A DNA stretch of 64,000 nucleotides, taken from assembly GCF_004010195.1 (NCBI RefSeq), contig NC_057758.1, forward strand, positions 4,632,852 through 4,696,851, given 5' to 3'. A program made the translations under genes and the position numbers. The notes below the pieces were generated by a model. It saw only the letters and a list, made by a program, of their open reading frames with translations, had not been told where the DNA came from and made no database searches. This document shows positions 23,185-34,896 of the stretch, in pieces. The number at the start of each line of letters is the position of its first letter. Within the stretch, counting starts at the first letter, position 1. Source of the stretch: Chiloscyllium plagiosum. Lineage: Eukaryota.

Positions 23185-23975
23185 GAAATTGAGACTGCAG
23201 ATGCTGGAGATCAGAGTCGAGAGTGTTTTGCTTGAAAGGCACAGCAGGTCAGGCAGCATCCGAGGAGCAGGAGAACAGACGTTTCGGGCACAAGCATTCA
23301 TCAGTAATGAGGCTTGTGGGTCGGGGGCTGAGAGATAAATTGGAGGGGTGTAAGGTTGCGGGGGCGGCGGCGGAAGGTAGCTGAGAAAGCAATAGGTGGA
23401 TGGATGTGAAGGTGAAGGTGATAGGTCGGGGAACGGGGATGATGGACAGCTCTGGAGCGCAGTGCCAAATTAGAGGCTTGGGACTGGGATATTGTGGGGG
23501 GATGGGAAATGAGGAAACTGTTGAAATCCACATTTATCCCGTGTAGTTGCAGGGTCCCAAGGTAGAATATGAGGCGTTCTTCCACCAGGCGTCGGGTGGT
23601 AACTGTTTGGCGGTGTAGGAGGACCAGGTCCTGCATGCCCTTGATGGAGTGGGAACTGTAGTTGAAGTATACCGCCACAGGGCGGTAGGGTTGGTGGGTG
23701 TGTGCGTCCCAGTGATCTTCTCTGAAACGATCCGCAAGAAGGCGTTCTGTCTCCCCGATGTAGAAGACACCATATCAGGTACAATGAATTCACAAGATAA
23801 CATTTGGAAAGTTACAGGTAATTTCTGATGGATGTGGAAGGATCACTTGGGGCCTTGGACAAAGGTGAGGGGAGTAGTGTGGGTGCAGGTTTTGCACTTC
23901 CTCCAGTGGCAGAGAAAACTGCAGGAGTGGGGGGTGTGCAGGTCGGGGGTGGGGGTGTGTGGACCTGCCGAGGTG
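23185..23975 (-). mobile_element. Penelope-like element fragment, more diverged
   Basis: MAVYFNYSSHSIKGMQDLVLLHRQTVTTRRLVEERLIFYLGTLQLHGINVDF; terminal repeat CTGCAGATGCTGGAGATCAGAG shared with 2545-2600. Confidence 0.88.
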
Positions 23976-23989
23976 GGTGAGGTCTGGTC

Positions 23990-24705
23990 ACTTTAAGAAA
24001 GAACGGGTTCTATTGAATATAAAGTACAGCCACAGCTGCCAGCTCATGGTCAGGCAGTTCCAATGTAACAAATGGCTGGCAAATGGATACCTGAGTTTAG
24101 GTTGCTGTTATGACAACAAATCAAATACAGCCAAATAGTTTAAATAATTCCCAGAAGTCAATGGAATTTGAATTTTATTGTTTTGACACATGGAAACCAA
24201 TTAAAGTATGCGAATTTAATGTGTGATGGGGACGATATAAACTGGTAGTTTGAACACCAGAGGGAGAGCAAATCACATGCAACAGCAGACCAACTGCTGT
24301 AGAGCTGGAGAGCTGACAGGCTTTCTCAAACATTCTCTGTCTAAGATACATGATCATGTAAAACATACTTGCAGTTAAAAAACAAAGATAACCTAGTGAG
24401 ATCAGCATCTGGAATAGTGAAGATAGCAGAGGAGACAGAGACTGTGTGGTCTTGTTTAATATGTGTGTTATTGGAACAACACATTTTTATAGAGTTGGAG
24501 TCAGATTTTAAGTAGATAAGAAAAGCGGGTCTTGTATTTGTGAATACTTGTTGTTTAGCGTTCAGTATTAAAGTTAAGAAGCTAAATTGTTATTATTCTT
24601 TAAATGGTGGAACGTAGCAGTTCTCTGTCATTCATATTTTAGCTGACTACGAGGTGAGACGAGATTTTTCTAGTTGTTTGGTTTAATTAATCTCTGTGTC
24701 ATAAA
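23990..24705 (+). mobile_element. Diverged LTR of the same Gypsy family (putative 3' LTR, 5' end disrupted)
   Basis: Colinear with 15285-16049: TGAATATAAA..CAGCCACAGCTGCCAG; AGAGGGAGAGCAA.TCACAT; AGAGTTGGAGTCAGAT; TTCTCTGTCATTCAT. Confidence 0.8.
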
Positions 24706-24957
24706 TGTACAACGCGCTAACCCCATTTCCCTGCAGTTTGTCCATATTCTTCCAGTCCTTTCCGATCCATACATTTGTCCAAATACGTTTTAAATGATGT
24801 AAATGTGTCCACTTCAACCATATCCGCTGGCAGCTCTTTCCATATGCGTACCAGCCTCTGTATAAAAAAGTTGCTCCTCACCTTCCCTTTTATTCTTTCC
24901 CTTCCAATGTTAAACCGATCCCGTTTTGTCCTCAATTCTCCAAACTTGGAAAAAGAC

Positions 24958-25212
24958 TGAGACGGTGTGGAGTTAGTACATTCTCCCTGTGTCTGCGCGT
25001 TATTCTCTGGGTGCTCCGGTTTTCTCCCACAGTCCAAAAATGTGCAGGTTAGTGAATTGGCCATGCTGAATTGCCCGTGATGTTGGGAGAAGTGGTAAAT
25101 GTTGGGGAATGGGTCTGGATGGTTTGCGCTTCGACGGGTCGGTGTGGACTTGTTGGGCTGAAGGGCCTGTTTCCACACTGTAAGTAACCCAATCTAATCT
25201 AATCTAATCTAA
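24958..25212 (+). mobile_element. HE1-type SINE, 5'-truncated, nested in CR1
   Basis: GTGTGGAGTTAGTACATTCTCCCTGTGTCTGCG...GAAGGGCCTGTTTCCACACTGTAA plus (AATCT)4 tail. Confidence 0.9.
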
Positions 25213-25852
25213 AGCATTCACCCCATCCATGCCCCTCGTGATCTGATACACTTCTATAACGCGTACTCTCAGTCTTCTCTGCTCTAAAAAAAAGTCCTAA
25301 CTTGTCCAACCTCTCCCTTTAACTCAGACCATTGGGTCGCGGCACCATCCTTGTAAATTTCTTCTGCACTGCTCCCAGTTCAAGAATATCCTACCCATAA
25401 CATGGTGACAAAAACTGAACACAATGCTTCAAGTGGGGCCTCACCAAAGTCCTGTATATCTGCAACATAACTTCCCAACTTCTATACTGAATGCCGAGAC
25501 TGATGAAAGCCAGTGTGCCAAAATGCTTCTGTCTTCCTGTCTACCTGTGACTCCACTTGCAGAGAACCGTGATCTCTCTGTCCACTACAGCCTTTAAGGC
25601 CCTACCTTGATTTGACATTCCAAAGTGGAAGACCTATCACTTATCTATCTTAAACTCCATTTGCGATTTCTCGGCCCACTTCCCTAGCTGATCAAGGTCG
25701 TGCTGCATTTTCTAATAACCATCCTCATTGTCCACGAGACCACATATTTTAGTGTCATCTACAAATATAATCATCATGCCTTTTACCTTCTCATGTTAAT
25801 CATTGATAATAGATACCAAACAGTAATGGACCCAGCACCTGAGACGCTCCGC

Positions 25853-26025
25853 TAGTTCACTAACATCATTCAGATAAGGTAAGTTTCATCTTTACCTAGT
25901 CTGGCCTCCATCTGACTCCATACCCATAACAATGTGATTGTCCCTTAACTGCCCTCTAAGCAATTAGGATGGGCAATAAATGCTGCCCATCCTGCGACGC
26001 CTTCATCCTGTAAATGAATAAAAAT
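25853..26025 (+). mobile_element. Family B SINE 3' fragment nested in CR1
   Basis: GTTCACTAAC...TTTACCTAGTCTGGCCTCCATCTGACTCCA...GGGCAATAAATGCTG matches 505-640; A-rich end. Confidence 0.75.
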
Positions 26026-27242
26026 GTCAGAAGCATCCTTCCACTAAAGCCCTCTGATTCCTAACGTCAAGCCAATTGTGTATCCAATTTGTCAACTTCT
26101 TCTCCATTCCAAGCGATGTAACCTTCCAGAGGAGGCGACCATGTAGAATCTTATCTAAAGTTATAATAAAATCTTTAGAGACTTCGTCTACTGCTCTGCA
26201 TTTGTTAACCTTCCTGATCACTTTATCAACGAATTCAAATAAATTTGTGAGGCATGATCTCCCATGTGCAACGCTATGCTGACTGCTCCTAATTGCACTC
26301 TGTATAACTAATGGGTGCAGTAAATGGTACGTTGTTCTTCACGATAAGATGGTTCAAGTACATCAGCAAAACCATCTTCCTGGTGTTGTAGAGCCTTGCT
26401 GAGAGAGTATTTGGGGCACTCTCTACAGATTTGATCTCCTTTGTAAAGAATCATCTCCTGACCAAAGACACAGATGTTTGTAGCGTGAAATGAGAGGGAA
26501 GCAAACTGAGTGTTTAATCTTTAGAGCTGTGAGAGAATAGCGATGATTACACTGAAACTTGAGAATTGGAAGCGATCACTTACTTTCAAAAGAGACATTG
26601 ATAGAGTGAGAAATTCCATACTTTACCCAGGATTGATTGACTTGATTTATTGGCACGTGTACCTCAGTACAGAGAAAGTCTTTAATTATGAGCAGTGGAG
26701 GCGGATCATAGTAAGAATGGCCAGACAGATCATAGGGTGGAAATGGACTTGGATAGAGTAAGGCATACAGGTTGCACTGCACAGGACATGCACGAGAGAG
26801 GATCAACATGAACAAGATCAGCATTATTGGAAATTAGAGACTCCATTCATCAGTCCAACACGGATTTCCTCATAGTGTATATGCCTTAATTAACTCTGTA
26901 CATGTTAATGTGCAGTCGGTGTGTAACCGACCATCATGTTGTTCACATTCCCCAACAGCAGCCACAATACAGAAGGAGTCAGCCATTTTAACCAGCTTCT
27001 GCCTTCCATCGAGAATACAAGGCTGTCTTCTCAGAGATGGAAGGTACCTTCTTGGGACTTCACACAAAACATTTTGCTTCCCTCCTCACAGCCAGAAACC
27101 ACCTTAAAATCCCACATTTATACCATGAGCAACGGAGACACGAGGAACAACGTGGGGCAGTCTTCTGTGCAGCCTCTTTTCCACTTGTTTACCATTTTAG
27201 GGCATCAATTAGGACAAAGTAAGGACTGAACATGCTAGGCAT

Positions 27243-27342
27243 CGAGTCGGGATTGTGGTACTGGAAACGCACAGCAGTTCAGTCAGTGTCCGAGGGTCAG
27301 TGGAATCCACGTTTCGAGTATAAGCCCTTCATCAGGAATCAG
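27243..27342 (-). mobile_element. Penelope terminal-repeat fragment with eroded hammerhead core
   Basis: Matches 2580-2670 and 23215-23305; minus strand GAUUC-CUGAUGA-AGGGCUUAUACUC-GAAACGUG. Confidence 0.7.
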
Positions 27343-27354
27343 CATTGATTACAT

Positions 27355-28722
27355 AATTCTGTTCCTGTGTAAATGATTTGACGGGCTGAATGCCCTCTTC
27401 CTGTCTCTGTGTAAGAGACTCAAGGGGCTGAAGAGCCTCCTCCTGTCTCTGTGTAAGTGACTCTAGGGGCGGATTGGCCTCCTTCTGTTACTGTGTAAGT
27501 GACTCAAGGGGCTGAATTCCCTCCGCCTGTTCCTGTGTAAGTGACTCAAGGGGAAGTATTCCCTCCTCCAGTTTCTGTGCAAATGACTCAATGGGCTGAA
27601 TGGCCTCCTCCTGTCTCTGTATAAGTGACTCAAGGGGTGGATTGGCCTCCTCTTGTCTCTGTGTAAGTGACTCAAGTGGCTGAACGGCCTCCTCCTGTTC
27701 CTGTGTAAGTCACTCACGGGTCTAACTGATCTCCTCCTGTTCCTTTCTAAGTGACTCAAGTAACTGTCTGGCCGCCTCCTGTTCCTGTGCAAGTGACTCA
27801 AGGGGCTGAATGGCTGACTACCGTTCCTGTGTAAGTGACTCAAGTGACTGACTGCCTTCTTCCGTTTCCGTTTGAACAAGACCAAGGGCCTGATCGGGTT
27901 ACCCCGTTTCCTGTTTAACACCTCGATGTGCTGACTAGTGTGACAATGCTGCAGTTTTAAGAAGATATTTTGTCCTGGATTCTTATAAAATTGAGATTGA
28001 ACGATAGTTACCAAAGTTGGTTAGTTAATACCACTTGAGTAAACAGCTAGTGGGGCCTTGGGTTTATTTTAATGCAGCCTGAATGGGTGCAGCCTGCTCT
28101 CACAGATTAGGATTTATGGGTTTTGGTTTCTTAGTAACATCAGAAGCTATTGCGGTCTTAACAGAGTTGGAAACGGCAGTGAATGTCTCCTGGCTGCTAC
28201 TCTGTTTGAATTTTCTCCTGATGCTGTTTTTTCCTTCCTGGATTGGAGAAACGTTTGTGACAATTTGGATCTGAATTTTCCTTTTTGTCAAAGAGCGTGT
28301 TTATGGGATGTTCCTATTTTGGAACAGTTAATTAGCAATTCCTGGATCTATTACTCTGTTTAGTTGTCCAATAGAGTTAAGTTCTTTTAAATCCCTCTTC
28401 CTTTGGTTTTATTTTATCTATAGCATTTAAATGAATGGTGTTTTGCTTACCAGCGAGTTGTTTGACCAGTCACATTACATCTGGAACAGACACTTTACAT
28501 TTCCTTTAAAATGAGAAAACATTAGAGTCTAGGTTACCGCCTTCAAATATTTTCGAGGGGCTCTGAGTGTTCCATCACACTAGACTCCTTCTCTTCCTGA
28601 GTAATAGGCTGGAGGTACTGAATGGGCTGTTCATGTTCTTCTCCAAGTGTCAATGGGCTGAATGGCTTCCACATATTACTGTGAAACCAGCGTGAGGTGC
28701 TGAATGGACTCTTCATTTCACT
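27355..28722 (+). repeat. 42-bp minisatellite (about 14 units at 27355-27934; decayed units resume at 28584-28722 after the solo LTR)
   Basis: Unit approx. CAAGGGGCTGAATGGCCTCCTCCTGTTCCTGTGTAAGTGACT; starts at 27421, 27463, 27505, 27547 and onward. Confidence 0.93.
27939..28579. mobile_element. Solo LTR (641 bp) with 4-bp target-site duplication
   Basis: ctag|TGTGA ... TCACA|ctag: 5-bp inverted termini with TG..CA ends, CTAG at 27935-27938 and 28580-28583; no coding capacity. Confidence 0.8.
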
Positions 28723-28769
28723 GTGGTAATGTGCTCAGTCAAGCAGGACTGTTAAAGGAATGTTACCGA

Positions 28770-29480
28770 CCCCTTAAAAGCACAAGCCTGAATGGTGTCC
28801 GGGTCTTGTTGCACATGGTTACAGACAGGTTCAGGAGCTGAGGGATGGTCGACAAAATATTCTGAACATTGTGGAATCTTCAAAGATCATCCCCACTTCT
28901 GATCTTATGCTGCGGTATGTGGGGGCGGGGAGACATTGATGAAGCAGCTGAAGATGTTTTTGAAGAGGTAGCTACACTAACAGTCACCCACAGAGATGAC
29001 GTAGGACTGAGATGATTAACATCCATGAACCACAAACACTTTCCTTTGTGCTATGATTGACTCCAAGCAGTGGAGAGTTTACTTTGATTCCAATTAAGTC
29101 CAGTTTCGTTAAGTATCTTGATGTCAACCTTAGTCCACCATTGCCTTGATATCAGGGCCAGTAACTCTTAGATGAATCCTTGCGTCCACGTCTTTTCGTC
29201 ACATCAATAGATCATGATATAGGAGTAGCAAGTGTTCTCTTCAAATAGAGGGTATTGAATGTCAGGATTTCTCTTCTCAAGAGTGTTTGGAGAGCTAGAA
29301 GACTGAGTATTTGAAGAGGAGGAAATTGGATATCGACCTGTTGGAGAAGTGAGGGCTCTGAAGAATTGGGTAAAATAGAGGATTTGAGACCAAGAGCAGG
29401 TCAGTCGTGATCTTAGTGAAGGGCAAGGCAGGCTTGGGGGAGTGGTGAACGAACTACCCCTGCTTCTGATGTTCTCCCAT
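28770..29480. mobile_element. Old LINE fragments (- strand piece at about 28770-29170; + strand CR1-like 3' end at about 29230-29480)
   Basis: CATCCCCACTTCTGATCTTATG...CATTGATGAAGCAGCTGAAGATG; GATCTTAGTGAAGGGCAAGGCAGGCTTG...CTACCCCTGCTTCT. Confidence 0.55.
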
Positions 29481-30109
29481 TTTCTTATTAGAAAGTCAGT
29501 GAGAGCTATTTTCCCGGAAGGTCTCTTATTGAATGTTGCAATCAGGGAGACCAGAGAATTTTGTCAGCCATCTCTGGGTGAGGTATGTGGGCTGTAGTTA
29601 GAGTGAACTTGGGTCTATAACATGACCAACAAATGAAGCACAAGTTGCAGAGAGAGGAAGCTTTGTAAAGAGAGATGAGGTGTCTGTTTTCTACCCAACG
29701 TGGGTTTTCAAATCACATTTTCCAAACCACGCCAAACCATGTGGGACAGTCTTGTGGCATTGAACTGTTTCCTCTCTTTTTGTGCACCAGATTATAGGGG
29801 GGAGTGGCCTATAACTGCTGTATAGCAGTTTTGAGGGGCTGAATGGTACATAGGGACATAGACTGAGGGAGAGGAATGGGTCATTAGACACTTTCATCCT
29901 TCTCCACCAGACACTAAGAATGCGGCTGATCAGGTTGTGGTCTTAACCGCACTATCCTGTCTGTGTCCATTTATCCATGAATTACTTCTCTGTCAAATAT
30001 CTAAATAACTCAGCTTAGAATCAATGTGAACATACAGGCACAATGAATTTCCAGTAAAGAGATTTCCCTCTCCAAAGGTACTTTCAGAATTTTTCGTCAT
30101 CCCTCTTAT

Positions 30110-31390
30110 AGAATCGGAGAGTTATGCAGAATGGAAACTGACCCGTCCAATATGTCCAATATGTCCACTCAGATCAGATACCAAATCTGATCTCGTCCCA
30201 TTTACCAACATTTGGCCAATATCCCTCTTCTTTCTGATACTTTTTAAATGTGCGATTGAAACCGCCTTCACCACGTCCTCTGACAGCACATTCTGTACAC
30301 ATACCATTCTCTGTGTGAAACATTTACCCCTAAGGTCCCTTCTAAATCATTTGCCCTCTCGCCTTCAACCTATGCCTTCTTGTTCTGGACTCCCCTATCT
30401 TGGGGAGCAGAACGTGGCTTTTCAGAATATCCATACCCTTGATGATTTTATAAATCTCTATAATGTCAACCCTCGGACTCTGATACTGCAGGGGAAAACA
30501 CTTCAACCTAATCAGCCTCTCCCTGAAGCTGAAACTAGTCCTGATACATTATTGTGAATAGTTTCTGCAGAAAACCGAATTGTATGCAATATTCTTAAAG
30601 TGGCCTCACCGACATTCTGTACTGATGCAACATGCTACCGCAACTCCTCTACTCAATGCTCTGACTGATTAAGGCAAATGTGCCAAATGTGTTCTGAACC
30701 ACACTCTCAACCTACAACTTCACTTTCAGGAAACTGTTCATCCGCAGCCCTACGTCTCTTTGTTCCACAACATGCCCCAGGACATTGCCATTACGTGTAT
30801 AATTCCTGCCCTGATTTGTCTTTCCAAAATGCAAAACCTCATACTTATCGAAATTAAAATTCATCAGTCACTCCTTGCCCCTTTGTTCCATTTAATTGTT
30901 GTCTCATTATACTCTGAGATAATCCACTACACCACCTTTCTGATGTCATCTCTAAACTATGTCTCCAATGTTTACATCCAAATCCTTGATATAAATGATG
31001 AACTCACTACTGGTTCTTGCCGCACACTGCTGGTCCCAATCCTGCAGTCTGAAAAATAACTGTGTATCTTCAAGCCAGTTGTGAATCCAATTGACTAGCT
31101 CCCTCTGTATTCCATGTGACCTAACCTCACTCATCTGTCTACCAATTCGCATGTTATGAACACCTTGCTGAAATCCATATAGACAAGGTCTTCCAAATTG
31201 CCTTCATTAATCTTCTTTGTCACCTCTTCATAAAACTCAATCCAATTAATTAGGCATGATTTCCCATGTAGACTACTCCGATCAGCCCTTGCCTTCCTAA
31301 ATGTATGTAAATCCTGTCACTCAGAAATCACTCCAACAACTTCCCCACCACTGACATCAGGCTCAACAGTCTATAATTCCCCGGCCTTTT
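30110..31390 (-). mobile_element. CR1/HER1-like LINE 3' part including 3' UTR, decayed
   Basis: VRSHGIQRELVNWIHNWLE; IYIKDLDVNIG; 3' UTR TATGCAGAATGGAAACTGACCC; colinear with 660-1930. Confidence 0.85.
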
Positions 31391-31678
31391 GGGTCACGGT
31401 TTCCCTTTCTCGTCCCACTCATCCAGTGCTCACCACAAATTTAAACGTAACCATGTTGGTGATATGGCCGGTGATTTCGGTCTCAGACTGGGTCACGGTC
31501 AGTTTTAGGAACAAGTCCAGCTAGTTTCTTTAATCTGCTAAATCAATACGTTTATGATCCAGAGCAATGTTATTCAAACTATGATGGAATGAGGAATGGA
31601 AAAGCATTTTCGGTATTTCAAATATATAATCGATATGTTCCTTCCTAAAACACTGACAACCTCTCTCTTTCTCTTTCT

Positions 31679-31862
31679 GTCACACACACACACACGCACA
31701 CACACACCACACACAGAAACACACACAGAAACACGCGCACAAACACACACACCACACACAGACACAGACACAGACACACGCACAGACACAAACACACACA
31801 CAGACACGCACACACACAGACACGCACAAACACGCACACACAGACACAAACACACGCACACA
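31679..31862 (+). repeat. Imperfect (CA)n compound microsatellite
   Basis: CACACACA interspersed with CAGA, CGCA and CAAA. Confidence 0.95.
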
Positions 31863-32100
31863 ACCGATAAACAATATCTCCACAATTTCAAGCTACAAGA
31901 ACTTTGTCCAGACATTAGTTTAACTCATGACAAAAGGAAAAATTGAGAGCTTGTCCAAAGTGTTATTCTGTTTCTGAACATATTCTACTCATACAGTCTG
32001 CTCGCAATGGGATTTCAGCCTAAACGGTTGGATTTGGTTGAATTCCCTTTGCATTAGGCAGTGATGAGGTTCCCTTTTCTTCTGGACAGGGACCGTCCAA

Positions 32101-32438
32101 AGGGTAGCACAGTGGTTCAGTGGTTAGCAGTGCTTCCTCACAGCAGCAGGGCTTGGGTTCAGTTCCAGCCTCGGTCGACTATCTGAGTAGAGTTTGCACG
32201 TTCTCCCCTTGTCTGTGTGAGGCTCTATTGAGTGCTCCAGTTTCCACCCTCAGTTCAAAGCTGTGCAAGTTAAGTGGATTGGTCATGCTAAATTGTCCAT
32301 CGTGTTCAGGGATTTCTAAGTTAGGTGCATTAGTCAGGGGTAAATGCAAGGGAACGGGCCTGGGAAGATTACTCTTTGGAACGTTGGTATGGACTTGTTG
32401 GGCCAAAGAGTCTGTTTTCACACTGTAGGGATTCTCTA
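32101..32438 (+). mobile_element. HE1-type SINE, full length, older subfamily
   Basis: A box GTGGTTCAGTGGTTAGCA, B box GGGTTCAGTTCC, body and 3' end TGGACTTGTTGGGCCAAAGAGTCTGTTTTCACACTGTAGGGATTCT. Confidence 0.88.
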
Positions 32439-32869
32439 AAAATAGGAATGGTAGCGATGACTGTAGAGCTCTTTTTTTAGCTCGCACACATTGCTGTGAT
32501 GAGGAGCAATGAAGGAGAGAGAGCGGCTTTGGTCATTCCTTCTGGGCAGATTACATTTTCTCCTTCTCTGAGTTGAATTACACAATAATGTCATCCTCTC
32601 CCAAATTGGATCATGTGAGGTCTCCTTGTACATTGACCAAACTATGTCTCCATCACATTGCCTGCTCCGTGTAGGTGTGTCATTGCTGCTGTCATACTCA
32701 GAACGATATCCTCAGCAGAAAATGGTCTCGGTTGATTTGAAGATATGTTTATATGTCCCTGCATCATTAAAGAAAACTGTTTAATGTATTCAGAATACCT
32801 GTGATAAATGAATGCACTTTTTAAAACAAAGACAGAAATTGACTGAAAAACGAGGCAGGCCTCTCAGCA

Positions 32870-33105
32870 TCTTTTACATGTTGTCGTTGTATCAGCATCC
32901 ACCACTTCCTCTGGCAGCTCATTCCATATGCACACCACCCTCTGCATGAAAACGTGCCCCTTAGACCTCATCAAAATCTTTCCCCTCTCACTTTCAACCA
33001 ATGTCCTCAAGGTTTGGACGCCCCTATCCTGGGGAAAAACCCTGACTACTCACCTTATCAACGAAAATTCTGATTTTATAAAACTCTACTGTGAACCTCT
33101 AATGG
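32870..33105 (-). mobile_element. CR1 3'-region fragment
   Basis: CACCACTTCCTCTGGCAGCTCATTCCATATGCACACCACCCTCTG matches 735-790 and 24810-24860. Confidence 0.75.
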
Positions 33106-33124
33106 CGCTGGAACGATTTCGGAG

Positions 33125-34331
33125 GCCGAATCTACACGGACATTTACTATAAACCGACCGACTCCCACAGCTACCTAGACTACACCTCATCCCACCCTGC
33201 CCCCTGTTAAAACGCCATCCCTTATTCCCAATTTCTTCGTCTCCACCACATCTGCTCCCAGGAGGACCAGTTCCAAAACCATACAACCCAGATGGCCTCC
33301 TTCTTCAAGGACTGCAATTTCCCGCCAGACGTAGTCGACGATGGCCTCCACCGCATCTCTTCCAATTCCCGCTCCTCCGCCCTTGTTCCCCGCCCCTCCA
33401 ACCGCAACCTAGACAGAAGCCCACTGGTCCTCACCAACCACTCCACCAACCTCCATGTACAACGTATCATCCGCCGTCATTTCCGCCATCTCCAAACGGA
33501 CCCCACCACCAGGGATATATTTCCCTCCCCTCCCCTATCAGCGTACCGAAAAAAACACTCCCTCCGTGACTCCGTCGTCAGGTCCACACCCCCCACCAAC
33601 CCAACCTCCACTCCCGGCACCTTCCCCTTGCAACCACAAGAAATGCAAAACTTGCGCCCACACCTCCCCCGTTACTTCCCTCCAAGGCCCCAAGGGACAC
33701 TTCCATATCAGCCACAAATTCACCTGCAACTCCACACACATCATCTATTGCATCCGCTGCACCCGATGTGGCCTCCTCTATATTGGGGAGACAGGCCGCC
33801 TATGTGCGGAACGTTTCAGAGAACACCTCTGCGACACCCAGACCAATCAACCCAACCACACCGTAGCCCAACACTTTAACTCCCCCTCCCACTCCACCAA
33901 GGACATGCAGACCCTTAGACTCCTCCATCGCCAGACCATGGCAACACGACGGTTGGAGGAAGAGCTCCTCATCTTCTGACTGTAAACACTCCAACCACAA
34001 GGGATGAACTCAGATTTCTCCAGTTTCCTCAATTCCCCTCTCCTCACCTTGTCTCAGTCAAATCCCTCGAACTCAGCACCGCCTTCCTAACCTGCAATCT
34101 TCTTCCTGACCTCTGTGCCCCCACCCCACTCCGGCCGATCACCCTCACCTTGACCGCCCTCCAACTATCGCAATTCCAACACCCCTCCCCCAAGTCCCTC
34201 TTCCCTAACTTTTATGTTAGCCTGCTGGACACACATTCCTCATTCCTGAAGAAGGGCTTATGCCCGAAACGTCTCCTGTTCCTTGGATGCTGCCTGACCT
34301 GCTGCGCTTTTCCAGCAACACATTTTCAGCA
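33125..34331 (+). mobile_element. Penelope-like element, 5'-truncated: RT C-terminus, GIY-YIG endonuclease, terminal repeat
   Basis: IYYKPTDSHSYLDYTSSHP; CNHKKCKTC; FTCNSTHIIYCIRCTRCGLLYIGETGRLCAERFREHL; frameshift near 33625 and stops. Confidence 0.93.
34241..34275 (+). ncRNA. Minimal hammerhead ribozyme motif in Penelope terminus
   Basis: CAUUC-CUGAAGA-A-GGGC-UUAU-GCCC-GAAA-CG-UC with a perfect stem II; the 3' strand of stem I (GAUUC in the 2635 copy) is deleted here. Confidence 0.6.
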
Positions 34332-34396
34332 TGGATTTATTTGAATCATGTTACCATTACTAAACTGCACAGAACACTTTGTACTGTTAAACAAAT

Positions 34397-34896
34397 NNNN
34401 NNNNNNNNNNNNNNNNNNNNNNNNNNNNNNNNNNNNNNNNNNNNNNNNNNNNNNNNNNNNNNNNNNNNNNNNNNNNNNNNNNNNNNNNNNNNNNNNNNNN
34501 NNNNNNNNNNNNNNNNNNNNNNNNNNNNNNNNNNNNNNNNNNNNNNNNNNNNNNNNNNNNNNNNNNNNNNNNNNNNNNNNNNNNNNNNNNNNNNNNNNNN
34601 NNNNNNNNNNNNNNNNNNNNNNNNNNNNNNNNNNNNNNNNNNNNNNNNNNNNNNNNNNNNNNNNNNNNNNNNNNNNNNNNNNNNNNNNNNNNNNNNNNNN
34701 NNNNNNNNNNNNNNNNNNNNNNNNNNNNNNNNNNNNNNNNNNNNNNNNNNNNNNNNNNNNNNNNNNNNNNNNNNNNNNNNNNNNNNNNNNNNNNNNNNNN
34801 NNNNNNNNNNNNNNNNNNNNNNNNNNNNNNNNNNNNNNNNNNNNNNNNNNNNNNNNNNNNNNNNNNNNNNNNNNNNNNNNNNNNNNNNNNNNNNNN
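34397..34896. other. Assembly gap (500 N)
   Basis: Run of N. Confidence 1.

Larger units (their letters stand above)
24715..26305 (-). mobile_element. CR1/HER1-like LINE 3' half with nested SINEs
   Basis: KVRSNFFIQRLVRIWKELPADMVEVDTFTSFKTYLDKCM; DKILHGRLLWKVTSLG...NWIHNWLDVRNQRALVEGCF. Confidence 0.9.

Noticed and set aside
26940..27140. Possible Rex1/Babar LINE 3' remnant
   Set aside because: Only a vague resemblance; too decayed to call without a profile search.
27355..27934. CRISPR-like array, or the 183-aa Arg/His repeat protein at 27463-28014 (-)
   Set aside because: Contiguous 42-bp units without unique spacers, no cas genes, eukaryotic context; the ORF is only the translated repeat.
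31574..31946. Cys/Val- and His/Thr-rich ORFs
   Set aside because: Translations of a (CA)n microsatellite.
32665..32735. Possible GPCR exon 2 start (ATCCTCAGCAGAAAATGGTCTC, loosely like ILSRGKCGL)
   Set aside because: Needs indels, hits stops immediately, and no transmembrane segments follow.
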